A stretch of DNA of 64,000 nt from Octopus vulgaris (taxonomy: Eukaryota), in NCBI GenBank assembly GCA_951406725.2, contig OX597815.1, positions 115,134,001 to 115,198,000 on the forward strand. The letters are read 5' to 3'. The position numbers and the translations under genes were made by a program. Under the pieces are notes generated by a model. It did no database searches. It was not told the origin of the DNA and saw only the letters and a list, made by a program, of their open reading frames with translations. This document shows, in pieces, positions 1-11,975 of this stretch. Within the stretch, counting starts at the first letter, position 1. Every line of letters begins with the position of its first letter.

Positions 1-59
1 ATGTACCATAGTTTGGCTAATTGTTTTAAATGCTTGATTAGTCATAAATAAAATATACA

Positions 60-258
60 CTCTCTTGACCCGCTTGCTTTTGACAAAGCAGAATATCCAA
101 GATGTTGTGAAAGGGCTGCACCAGCACTACACAGGTATTTATTTCCATCTGAGTAGACTGGAGCACTGTGAAATGAAGTACCCTGTTCAAAGAGACAACA
201 CATAGTCTGATCCCAGAATCGAACTCATGACCTTACAATTGCAAGCACTTGCTCTAAT
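60..258 (-). mobile_element. Decayed tRNA-derived SINE (same family as 55145-55427)
   Basis: gactggagcactgtgaaatgaagtaccctgttcaaagagacaac...agaatcgaactcatgacc parallels the 55.3 kb copy; B-box-like GAGTTCGATTCT on the minus strand. Confidence 0.5.
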
Positions 259-2140
259 ATAGTTTATAAAAGCTGATTAGTTATGTGTGAAGTCTAAAAT
301 TTTAGATATTTTTCCTCTTTGATTCCACCTAGTATTTTTCAGGGAAGATGGGACCACAAATTAAACGTAGCGTAGCAAAAAGGTAAGAGAAGCTAAAAAG
401 AGATATTTCTCAGAGAAGACATTTAATGAAATCACAAAATTGTATCTATTTCAAATATTATTCGAAACAGTAAAAGATCTTTAAATTTTGAATAGATTTA
501 GGTTTTAAGTATAAAGAAACGTAAAAACAAGACTGTCATATCCAGTGGAAGATTTCATCCTCATTCACTTAGTACCATGTAATTAAAACTAAGTAATGGT
601 TCTAATGAGATTTTGGGGTTTCAGAGATATTTTAAATTCTAAACATAGTTGAATCTTGAGTTTCTCATGTTGCTTTTATATCAAAGATCAGCTGGCGCAA
701 TTTGAATTGTCAAATTATGAGAAGAGATAAAAATATTTCGATTCTGCACAAACTACAACACAGGCAACTTGTCTAGAAGAGTGGTAATTCTTAATCAAAA
801 CTTATACCAAGTAAAGAAGACCCATTAGTCCTAATGTAGACCTGTAGTATGATAGACACTGTAAGACCCACCTGTCCAATCAAAGCTAGCATGGAAAAGC
901 AGATGTAAAAATGAAGATTAGGAGGTTTTTGAGACTTTACCGTAAAGTTAAATATTTTATTGTTCAAATATCTAGTGACTAAGTAAGAAAATTTTTAATA
1001 GTAATTTAGTCTGAGAAGCAATGCTCATAACCTTTCAACAACTATATAAAATTAATACTAGGTTTTGTTTCTGTTGAATTTTGTTACAAGAGAATAGGCA
1101 GGAGAGAGTGGGAGAGGGGAAGTGAGGGAGAGAGAGAGAAAGTAAGAAAGAGAAGCATGGTGCTTATAAAGGAAAAACAGAAAAGCAAAGAAAGCAACAT
1201 ATAGAAAACAAGTTATTTGGACAATTACTCATGAATAAGTATACACTGCTGAAGAATTTTGGAACCAGTTTTGTTTGAAACTTAAAATATTTGCTTGTAT
1301 CAAAGGTTATGTTGTTCAAAGTTTTCTGATGTCAGGCATCTTTTGCTATTGTAGACTAAAGAAATTTCAAATACTGAATGAAGAAATATGGTGTGAAGAG
1401 AAAAATATAAAACAAATATGGAAAAACAGAAAGAAAAAAAAAACAATGAGAAAGGAGGTTCTGAAAAATATGTTAAATAAATATATCAATTTGTTCACAA
1501 ACACAACCCCATAAATAGAATACTATACAATACATAGTTATCCCATAAAATCAATAATTCATAAAACCAGCTCACAAAAGTATAGAAAATTATGAAGAAA
1601 CAACATGCATTTTGCAGACTAATCAAACTTAGAAATATTTACATGCACTAGTATTCATCCAGAATGAGCTGAGCTGGCTCTAACAGGTGAATCCACATAG
1701 TCACAAATAGAATCCAACCATACTGGCAAATTACAGGAACTTGACATGAAGGTTATTAACTCGTAATACCAATGACATACAACATGCATATGAGGACCAG
1801 ACATTGATACAAGAATTGATTTCATTGTACTAATTTATCTAAATTTTCAGCTGTCTATTTTACCTTTGATGATATCCAGAAAGGATCTCTAGCATAACTG
1901 CAGGACTGAACCAACAGAACCACTTTTTGAGCAAAACTTTTTTGAAATGAATTGGTCCAACAATGACAATAGACTTCAGAGTTTGACAAGATTCAAAGCA
2001 TGAACACAAAGGATTTGGCAAAGGCAAAATTATTAACACAGTTTTATTTCCAAACTTAGAAATGTAAACTGGTATAAATGATCCAGATGTTATTACTTTT
2101 GAAACAGAAAGCTTGGTAAACCTAATTCATCATCTGGTTT

Positions 2141-2547
2141 GCAAAGTCCAGTCCTTGTTGCAGTGTAGTAGGTTGTGTGCCTTGATCACCCTGGAGAGCT
2201 ATGCCAGCAGAGTGTAAGTTCTCCCTTGCTGAACAAGTCAAAGAATAGGGGCCAGGCTAATATGGACCACAAACATGTTTCAGCCTCCATGTCACACTCT
2301 AATCCTTCATTTGACACAAAAATGCTCCTAGAGGTAAAAATGGGTTTGTGTAGGGCCAACAGCCCTACCTAGGAAAAATGAAGTTATGGAAGCATAAATG
2401 ACAAAAACCAACAAGATCTGGGAAGGGAAGACACTGCAGCATAATCTAAAATGAAGCTACAAGAGGGAAGGGAGCCAACCTAAGAGTTAGGATTAGTGGA
2501 AAAAAGTTGTTGATGGCTGATGCTCTATAGGAAGGGAATGGTTTAAG
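2141..2547 (+). mobile_element. Short non-autonomous RTE-derived retroposon (5' UTR-like part joined to RTE 3' end) with 18-bp TSD
   Basis: Flanked by taattcatcatctggttt (2123-2140) and taatccatcatctggttt (2548-2565), 17/18 identical. Contains RTE 5' UTR-like motifs (gagagctatgcc; gggtttgtgtagggccaacagccctacc) and an RTE C-terminal remnant WKKVVDG*CS ending in ttaag. Confidence 0.6.
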
Positions 2548-2832
2548 TAATCCATCATCTGGTTTACCACAACAACTGGTCCATGAGTGCTTTTAGAGAA
2601 GTCTACTATGTCACAAGGAGTTGGATATGATTCCTGACCTGAGAACTACAGAGCTTGATGTATTGCATCTTGCTACAGTAACCCATGGGTTTACTAATCC
2701 TCCCCTCCCACCACCATCCTCAGCAGTCTTTGTATTCCTACAAATGCCTATGATACTGTGCCTTTCTCTGATTAAGATATTTAAAAAGTATGAAACAACA
2801 TTTTTAAAGAAAATTGTAAACAAAAATCTCAC

Positions 2833-3003
2833 ACTGCCAGCCACTCTGACATGTTGTAAACGTGGCAACAAAACACAATCCACATATGTCAATTCATCGC
2901 CAATCATAAACTTGGTTTCATTCTCTTTCAGATGGTTATTTAAGTTACTCATTATCTCATTCAGTCTTCTATCTGAATCAGTTGATAGGAATCTGTTGAA
3001 GGT
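2833..3003 (-). CDS. CLIC: CLIC-family internal coding exon, alpha-helical C-domain
   Basis: Acceptor ttctttttaacttctag|ACC at 3003 and donor AGT|gtgaga at 2833; 171 nt, phase 0-0, in frame with the 9066-9407 exon across a 6062-nt intron. Translates TFNRFLSTDSDRRLNEIMSNLNNHLKENETKFMIGDELTYVDCVLLPRLQHVRVAGS, containing the CLIC/GST motif FxxGDxLTxxDCxLLPRLQHxRVAG. Confidence 0.93.
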
Positions 3004-3662
3004 CTAGAAGTTAAAAAGAAAGAAAAAAATAAATCATTAGTCAGAGGCAGCAACTTTTATTACAAAATTAATATTCAAAACTATTAATATAATTTCATTG
3101 ATGCAAGGATGATTATAGGCAGAAACATAATATATATTTATAGTTGCTTTGTAACACTACAGTTTTGAGTTTTATCTTGCTACATTGGGCCAATGCACTG
3201 TGAGAGAAATTTATGTGTATATATGTAAATGTGCATACAGAGTGTATATATGTAAATGTAGATATTCTGCACTTTATCATAGCCTAAGATAAACAATGAT
3301 ATGATGCTTACATTCCCTGTTGACACTATAACTGCCCATTCTGCACTGTCAAAAACCAGTGGAATAAAATAACTCTTACTTAAAAACCAGTTAACAGTTG
3401 GTAAACAGGCAAGGAATCTGGCTGTAAAGTGTTACCTCAAGTAAGCCCCTGTCCAATTCATGCAAGCATAAACAACTTTAAATGAACTAAGCTCACAAAG
3501 CCAAACAAAATAATTTCAGCCCTTCATAAAAAAAGGAACAAAATTGTTAAGACTTTGATTGAGTAGTACAAGATTATATATGAACGCTTTACAAATTTCT
3601 GTTCTAAATTATGAATCACAAAAGTCTAGGCACAGAATGAGAAGGCTCTTGCTTTTTTGTTT

Positions 3663-3683
3663 GGGGCGGGGGGGGGGGGGGGG
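3663..3683 (+). repeat. Poly-G tract (G4-C-G16), G-quadruplex-capable
   Basis: ggggc followed by 16 G, read directly. Confidence 0.85.
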
Positions 3684-4084
3684 CAGTTTTCATGTCTTCT
3701 CTGCTGTTAGTCAATTTTGACAAGTCACCCAATCTTTAATCAAATGGGGAAATGATTAACTCTGGTATGAAAACACTGATTTGAAAGTAAATAATATTAG
3801 ATAGTTAGCCTAACACTATTATGTCTGTTGATTTACTATCTTCACACAGTAACACACACACAAAACAACAGATTCAAAATGAAAAATATATATGAACTAA
3901 ACAACTACATGTTTGTGGCAGATAGCTGCAGGCTACTGCCTGTAGCCTTGGCAACAGACAGAATGCATGTTACATCTTGATTCAAGTAGTTTTTTTCTTC
4001 TTTCTTTTAGCTATATCTTTAGATTAAAAACACACTGGTTGTTGTTACTAATGATTATAAAATTTCACTTTGCAGTTTTCATAA

Positions 4085-4186
4085 TTATCACCGTTGTCGT
4101 TTAACATCGACATTCCATTGCTGGCATGGGTTGGATGGTTTGACCGAGGACTGGCAAGCTGGGGGGGATGCACCAGACTCCAACCT
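4085..4186 (-). mobile_element. RTE LINE 3' tail fragment
   Basis: Reverse complement of the tail of the 43-45 kb and 59-60 kb LINEs (gtttaacatcgacattccattgctggcatgggttggatggtttgac). Confidence 0.7.
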
Positions 4187-4854
4187 GTCTTCTCTAAACA
4201 ATAACTTTTGTTCAGAGTTCTACTTTATCTTACTCATTCTCAAGCACAGAAGTAATTCTTACATGTGATATCAAGCTTAATTCATTAAGAAACTAGGCGT
4301 GTATCGATAGGAATGGTCGAGGGATAAGTAGATGAAAGATTGTGTCAATCAGATCAACTACTTTAAAATGTAATGAATGCCTTCTAATTTCCAAGAGCCT
4401 TTTAAGGATTAATGCTTCACTCTTGCTTCATGTTAAATGGACAAAAAAACAAATCTTCCTACGAATAGGAAATATATAAATGAACAATTTTCCTAAATTA
4501 TCTGGTAATTATTACTGACAGCAAAGTGAACCGAGGCAATGTAGAACAAACTATTTTGCCCAATAATGCAAGGGAGTCTGTGACCCACTAAACCTATGAC
4601 AAATAAGTGAAAAACCATTCTCAAATTACACTAATCTTTAAAGTATACCTAATAGACAGTATCACCAGATAACCAACATGCATAGAAAACAAATAAAAAA
4701 TACAAAAAGACAAAATGGTTATAGCTGGAATGCTTTTCAAAGGATCTGCTTAAGGCTGACTTGAGGCTAAACAACAATGAAATGTTTGCAGTAGGTTTGA
4801 ACTCACAACTTAGCAGCAGATATGCTAGTAATTTAACTACTTCAACTAATTGTA

Positions 4855-5665
4855 AACGAGGTGGTATCAGAAAGTTCCTGGACTAGTTTTGTAATGTGCC
4901 AACAGATGGCAGCACAGTTGTATGCGCAGTAAGAGCTAGCAGTGAAATTTGTGTTTTTGTGATCACATGTATGCTATTGTCTGTGATTTTGTCATTGACA
5001 GGAACAAAGAGTCAACATGAAACTGGGGGAAGTCTGTTACAGAGACATTAAGCACGCTTTGGCAAACTTATAGCAATGAGGCAATTGGTCATACGCAATG
5101 TTTTGAGTGACATGGGCACGTCAAAAATGGAAGAACATTCCTGGAAAACAATGAGCAATCTGGAAGATCCATCATGAGCATCACCCCCGGAAATGTGGTA
5201 TTGTGCATCAAGAATTTGTCCCCCAAGGCCAGACCATCAATCGAGACTTCTACTGTGACATTTTGAAGCATTTAAGAGAGTGAATTTGGTGTAAGCGACC
5301 AGATCTGTGGAGCGCAAAGAATTGGATTTTTATGATGACAATGCAACTTGTCACCAAGCTCTCCTCACTTGTGAGTTTCTTGTCAAAAACATAGTACCTG
5401 CAAACTTCCTTTTCTTCCCCAAGATGAAAATGCAGCTCAAAGGTCACTTTTTAACACTGCTGTTGAGATCCAGAGTGAATCACAGAAGGTCCCCAACTTG
5501 CTTATGGAAAATGACTTCCAGGCCAGATTCCAAAAGTGTCAAGAATGCTGGGACCAGTGTATTGCTGTGCAAGGTGTCTGTTTCAAAGGAGTTGATTTTA
5601 AAATTTAGGTAAATAAGTTATTTTTTTATTAAACTAGTCCTGAAACATTTTGACAACACCTCATG
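4855..5665 (+). mobile_element. Internally deleted mariner (Tc1/mariner) transposon
   Basis: About 40-bp imperfect TIRs (gaggtggtatcagaaagttcctggactagtt / aactagtcctgaaacattttgacaacacctc) flanked by TA (4853-4854, 5666-5667). Decayed HTH coding (GKSVTETLSTL...CFE*HGHVKNGRTFLENNEQSGRS) and catalytic-domain remnants (FVPQGQTINRDFYCDIL; DDNATCH; FFPKMKMQLKG). Confidence 0.9.
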
Positions 5666-5732
5666 TATAAAAATAATCCAGTTGCTACAGATCTTCTGTT
5701 GATATTAAGATAAATTAAGTTCTTTATCCAAA

Positions 5733-6135
5733 CATGGTTGTGTGGTAAGAAATTTGCTTTCCAGCAATATGGTTCCATGGTTCTAGGTTCAGTTGCATGA
5801 CATGGTACCTTGGGTAAATCTCTTCTACCTTGGGCAAACCAAAACCTCATGAGTGGATCTGGTAGATGGAAACTGAGAGAAGCCCTTTCTATATTATGTG
5901 CGTATGTGCGTGTGTGTGTGTGTGCGCGCGTGTGTGAGGTGCTTGTCTCCCACTGTCACTTGACAACCAGTGTTGGTCTCTCATTAACAAACCTGTTCAG
6001 CAAAATGAGATTGATAGAATAAGTACTAGACAGTAAAAATAAAAAGGTACTGGGTTTGATTTGTTTGACTAGATGCTTCAAGGCCATAGCATGGCTATAG
6101 TCCATTGACTGAAACAAGTAAAATGATAAAAAGAT
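5733..6135 (+). mobile_element. tRNA-derived SINE with central (TG)n tract
   Basis: Head tggttgtgtggtaag...ggttcagttgca, body ...gtggatctggtagatggaaactg, tail gactgaaacaagtaaaa; colinear with the copies at 13.6, 21.9, 25.6 and 27.1 kb. Confidence 0.8.
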
Positions 6136-7371
6136 ATAAAAAAGAAAAAGTTTGAATGCTGTGATGGGCGGGTGGATTCTAACCTTTTAGGCAGGGACCT
6201 TCTTTGAAGAAATCTGAGGTGTGTTGAAAGGCTATAATGGTTTTACATGTAGCTCAAGAACCCTTGTATAAAGCAACAACTATAAATTTAAAATCTAATA
6301 TATATATATATATCTTACAACACTCAGCACTCCTGTCTCTCACCAACTCTATGCTTGAAATTTAATACTAAGATTAACACCATAAACTGTCAAGTAACAC
6401 AGTCAAGTATGAAGATAAGAGACATTACAGACAATAGCTGTCAGAAACAGATTATCCTATAGTGGGTCAATTCAAGACAACACAATCCTTAAGACTAAAA
6501 CCACTCTAACACAGCTAAAAACATTTGCTGTATTTAAGGTGCAGCTTGAGCTTAAAAGTAAATAAAGAAAGGAGGTAGATGTGAAAAAGAGAGGAGAGAT
6601 AGCTAAATAAAATATATTCCATTTTGAGTAAAACAACAGCCCACACATGAATATATTTTATAGTTTTGTTAAAGCATTGTTTTAACTATTCATATCTCTC
6701 CTCAATATGGATATAGTTTTGTAATTAAATTAACCTTGCTTGCCACATTTAAGTATGTTAACACTTACTTCACTAATTAGACTATATTAATTTAATACAT
6801 ATTAGTTACACCATAATTACAGTTGTGACAGTGGTGCATCAATACAATTTTTCCTGTTGACACTAAATGGAAGTAAGGCAAAGAAAATAAATGATAAATT
6901 GTAGAATGATTATCTTAAATTAATTATTGTTTTTATCATTGAATTTCTTTCTTAGTTTCTTATAATACAATATAAGTATCTGTCAATATATTATAGTGTT
7001 CTGCTTATTAAATCTGTATAATTATTCTAAAATGAAAAGATTTCATATAATGTCTGTTGTAACCTTAGTATATAACATGAAACCTCCTCTTGAAGATATG
7101 TACCTCTACAGAAGGCATCCTGGGGAAATTGTGCCGTTTAAAAAATTTGCCTAACCTGTGAATATTTTATATTGGACATGTTTAATCTGTCAGTCACCTA
7201 ATATCTGGTAAATACGGATTAGATAATGCTTCACTGAAAAGGTTTAATTAGACTGAAATACATCCAAAATTGTCATGCTATTTGACAAAGATCAGTTGCT
7301 GAAATTGGACTTCAGACTTGTCTCCTTTACTCTCTTGACATTAATTATAAAATCTAATTCTCTCTACAATG

Positions 7372-7460
7372 ATCAGATTAGAGCCTGGTGCAGCCTTCTG
7401 TCAAACCGTCCAATCCATGCCAGCAAGGAAGGCAGACGTTAAATGACAATGATGATGATG
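7372..7460 (+). mobile_element. RTE LINE 3' tail fragment ending in (GAT)n
   Basis: gagcctggtgcagccttctg...ccgtccaatccatgccagc...gacgttaaatgacaatgatgatgatg matches the end of the LINE at 60628. Confidence 0.75.
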
Positions 7461-9065
7461 AATGGGAGTAATTTTAATTTTTTTGCTCACTCCATTATGT
7501 ATGTTAGCTTCCTCCCAATTTAACTAAATGTAGAACAATGTTTCTTCTTTTCTAAAAAGTTAAAAACAAAATTTAATATACTTTACGAACTTCTCAAAAC
7601 AAACTTTGGATTCACAGTTGTGGAACACTGTTGTAAACATTGAAATCTTTGTTACATCAACCTGCTTCCATTACATGGCATAATGATATTTAATATATAA
7701 AGTAAAGTTGTGGCTATTTCATTTATTTAATGAGTGAGTATGTACGTGCTCTATAATAAGTATACTTGTTGACATTGTTAGATTGCATGTTACTGCCATA
7801 GTGATATCTATTTAGCAGCTGAGGGAAATATGTTTGATGTTTGATATGCTTGTTGACTTATGAATCTTCTATATCTTGTGGCCTTATTATTCTGAGCTGT
7901 CCTTCATTTTTCTAAGGTTACACTTGTTTAAAAGTTCATAGTGGTTTATTGTTAGCACTATTAAAAAACTTGATATTGTACAATTGTCTTTATTGGCAGT
8001 ATTATTGTTCAAAGATTTTCTTGTTTGGGAGAGGTTTTGAGGCATATATCATCTGACAATTTGAAAGCTGTATCATTTCAATACATTTCATCTTTCTGAA
8101 CTTCTTTTGACTTTAGATACACATTGTAAGCTGATTATTTCAACACAAGTTTATAACTGATATTTAACAGGACTAGCATATACACAGTAAATATTCTTTT
8201 CATCTTTCATAAATTTGAAAGACATTGTAGTACAGTATTCATTCTCTCAATAGTTCAGAGTTTATAGTCAGTAACATTGTGGTAAAACAGGAGTCCAAAA
8301 GACCACTGTCTCACAGTGTACTACTGAAGGAATGTCCTGCGTATAGAGAGGGGTGACCAATCTAACAGAGAGATTTCTTCAGTTATACACATGGTAGGTT
8401 CTTAACTTAATACTGCAAACTTAGGAAATCCCCCAACTATATTATTCCTAAGGTTTACAGTGGTTACTTCTTATTTTCTCAACATATTTGTTTATAGTAA
8501 GAGCAACAAAGCTATTGACTAACTATGATTCTTAACTAAGCTGGAACAGATTTAATGATATAGGCTCAGTTTTAGGAGATGAGCCTATATCACTGAATTC
8601 CAGCTCTTCAAATCTTGACAAATACAGAAAAGATAAATTGGCTAAAACAGAATTTAAACTCAGTCTTGTAAATAACGAACAATTTGTCAACTGGAAAGAT
8701 TAGTAATGCTTATTATATCACATAACTATTCACATTTAATATTATTGCCAACACAGCCAAGATTGTATCATAAAAGTTAGGTTTCTTTGTTGGAACCAGA
8801 AAATGGACTTCCCTCTAAATGTCTGCTATGCACAAGTATACTTGTTGTAGTACACAATAGAAGTTCAATGTTGCAATTTAATTTGAAGTGGCAGGATTAT
8901 TTGCACTTATAGATATTTGGGGATATACTTTTAAATATATCCCCAAATATCTATAACTGTAAATTATTAGAATTATGTGAGGCAACAAAATGTGAAAGGA
9001 ATTGCTTCAAAGTTCTAGGCAACAAATATATATGAAACAGCAGAAAACAAGATTTGCAAACTTAC

Positions 9066-9407
9066 TGTATTGAGGTCGAGAAATATGTTAAGAGCAACAA
9101 TCTGCTCAGAAGAATCCATCTTCAGTAATGGGCACTTGAACATCTGGAAGAACTGTTCAAGTTCACAACTTTCGTCAGCAACCAATCCCTGTACAGAGGC
9201 ACCATCCTGTGTTGCACCAGTGACACCAATCACAACTGGAAAAAGGCCACTAGAACTTTTTTCTCGAAGAATTTTAGGGGGATTACTGTCAGGTACTGTG
9301 ATGACTTTGAAACTGGCAAGTTTGTTTTCTGCCAGAATATACGCAACCATATACCATTGTTGACATAAAGGACAGGCTCCTTTGCTAGTCTTGTCAAGTA
9401 CAGAGGC
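9066..9407 (-). CDS. CLIC: CLIC-family (chloride intracellular channel, GST-omega fold) internal coding exon, thioredoxin-like N-domain
   Basis: Acceptor ttgttttttctag|GCC at 9407 and donor ACA|gtaag at 9066; 342 nt, phase 0-0, open frame. Translates ASVLDKTSKGACPLCQQWYMVAYILAENKLASFKVITVPDSNPPKILREKSSSGLFPVVIG...ELEQFF...IFLDLNT, matching the invertebrate CLIC pattern KGACxxCQxxxMxxYLLAExKxxSxKVxTV...PP. Confidence 0.92.
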
Positions 9408-10499
9408 CTAGAAAAAACAAAATGAAAACAAGCAACATTAAAATAATCCTAATTTGTTATAGATTAATCACCTGCAAAAATTATATAATGACATAAAAAC
9501 AAAGCATTTTACTAAACTGCATTTTTGAATAATACCTATTTGATATTAGTTAACATGTATGCACTAACACAATTTTTGTGGTTGACATACTGCTTCCAAA
9601 TTCATTCATTCCACAATAAGTCATTATTTTAGATCTTAAACATTTTCCCAGTTTTTGCTTTTCTCTGTCAACAAAGATTTCTATGTAATCATGAATGTTT
9701 ATACATATATATGTACACACATACACATACATAACAATATATGTGTGCGTTTAAAGATAATTCTACCAGCAGTGCTCCAGTATCGCCATAGCTTTAGAGC
9801 TGGAACACATAAAAGAATAAATGCAACTAATGAGTAATTTTGGAGGGATCATTATATATGTCTTTAAGCCATTTTGTTCAATACTTTGATAAAATATAAA
9901 ATAATAATTTTATAAATTACTGTAAGCATAAAAACAGTTATCTACACCAAAATACACAAGCCTAGCAAAGTTTTTTTTCTTTCTTTTTGTGTGGAAGGCA
10001 GGCAGTTGCCTGTGCATGCAAATATTTCCTCTCTATGACACTGTACATTGTCCAAGCAAAAGGTCAACACTTTAGGGCTGATATAGCTTGGCACAAGTGC
10101 TTTTAGAACATGAAAGATTGGAACAGCCACTGCAAAGTGTTTCATTTGATGCATTAACAGTTTTTCAAACCCACTGCTCTGAATTGGTACTCTTTTTATC
10201 CATCTTGAAAGGATGAAAGGCAAAGGTGATCTCGGCAGAATTTGAACAAAGAGCACAGAGTCAATGTTCTAAAGGCTGATAATTCACCACCTTGTGTATG
10301 TCTGCATTTATACATGCTTATACACATACAGAGACTATGTTTAGGCATGTATAAACAAACACATCTATACACAATAAAACATCTTTAGACCAATTTATTT
10401 TTGTATGGTTCTACAGAAATAATCTGTATCTAAATAGAGGGAAAATAGGCTGGGTGACAATTCCAACAACTATCATCAAGGAACTTTTACATAGTAACT

Positions 10500-10850
10500 T
10501 GGCCTCTGTGCCAGTGGAACATAAAAAGCACCATTTGAGCATTGGCCCTCATGGAGGCAATGTGGCTGATGCTGGTGCCATGGAACAGGCACTTGTGCTA
10601 GCAGTATGCAAAAAGCACTATTTATGCACTGGGCAATGTGACTAATACTAGTATCACGTAACTGGCACCTGTGCTGGTGGCACATAAAAGTACCCATTAT
10701 GCTCTTGGAATGGTTAGCGTTAGGAAGGGCATCTGGCCATAGAAACCATGCCAAATCAGAATGGAGTCTGGTGCAGCCCCCCAGCTTACCAGCCCTGGTC
10801 AAATCGTCCAACTCACACCAGCATGGACAACAGATGTTAAATGATGAGGA
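10500..10850 (+). mobile_element. RTE LINE 3' UTR/tail fragment
   Basis: Repeated gtgccagtggaacataaaaagcacc units followed by ttaggaagggcatctggccatagaaaccatgcc...gttaaatgatgag. Confidence 0.8.
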
Positions 10851-11795
10851 TCTTTAAATCACATCTGGTTATGACTGAAACACCTTATATTTTAAGTTTG
10901 CTTGATCAGGGATGACCTGGGACTAAACAACAACCTGAACTTTGGAGGAAATCAAAAAATTTGCATGTTCAGCATACTGAATATCAATCAATTCAGAACA
11001 GCTCATGAATAAAATAAAAATAACTACAACACAATTGAATTTCCCAATCCTTACTGTCACAATGACTGAGCTACATATGAAGGTTTATTAATCAGTAATT
11101 CTCTTGATTTTGCTTTGTTTTTATTTATCAATGAGAAAGAACATAGTTGACTGTCAATGCAGGAATTCCTGCCTGTAGAGGAAGAAAATTACTTGAATAT
11201 TTAGTTTGAATTACAGTAGAATAGATAATATCTGTATGGATATGGGTCAGGAAAAAAATCTATTACAATTGCATTCACATCTAAGTTGCTTTTATAGAAA
11301 TATCAAATTGACTACAGTACTTGACTAGTTCTTTATTGATTTCAATAAAATAAAAGAAAAAGTTGCCCTCGGAAGGATATGAGCTAGGAATGTAATCAGT
11401 TTCAGAGATAAAGAACTTGAGTTCATAGTCACTATCTAGCAGAGTTAGATAGTTACTGTAAAATATGGAGAAGAAAAATCAGTGTAAAATTGCATTAAGA
11501 AACTTTCTATAGGAGGCCAATGGGTTTTCTTGAATGACATTTGATATGCTAATGAATAAAATATGGTTACAAGGAGGTTAGAATTAAAAAATACAAATAC
11601 CGCAAGTTATGGTAAAGTATATCTGCACCTTGTAAAGAAATAAATAGCTGCAGAAGGATATATATATATAAATCAAAACAGTTTGATTCAGATTCTGTGC
11701 TACTTAAAGTTTCAAAGGTTGTGGAACTTATTGTTGGACAGAGGAAATGTGTAATATACAAACTTTTGGGATTGAAAAAGACACCTGTTCTTATC

Positions 11796-11975
11796 AGTGT
11801 AAAACAAAATGACCAGTCTAATCCATGTCACCATGAAAAAAGAAAATTATAATGATAACAATGAATGTGTATATTATATATGTAATATTTATTTTTTGTT
11901 GTTAAAATATTTCTACACATTTGTAGATAATTTACTTGACAAACACTATACTGTCTACCTGGAATACTTACAGCA
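11796..11975 (+). repeat. Local 180-bp direct duplication, copy 1 (partner 13119-13298)
   Basis: agtgtaaaacaaaatgaccagtc...ctggaatacttacagca is present twice with only a few substitutions or indels; it gives the near-identical ORFs at 11809 and 13132. Confidence 0.95.

Noticed and set aside
1165-1281. Possible terminal CLIC exon (ttttaag|FQTKLVPKFFSSVYLFMSNCPNN...)
   Set aside because: It is in phase and loosely similar at the start, but lacks the LWxY and SCPxDxxI motifs. The real last exon is probably left of the window.
1851-2115. Plus-strand coding-looking segment after aaattttcag
   Set aside because: Stops in all frames and no recognisable family.
2621-3007. 128-aa plus-strand ORF (and 9070-9363)
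   Set aside because: Antisense shadows of the CLIC exons.
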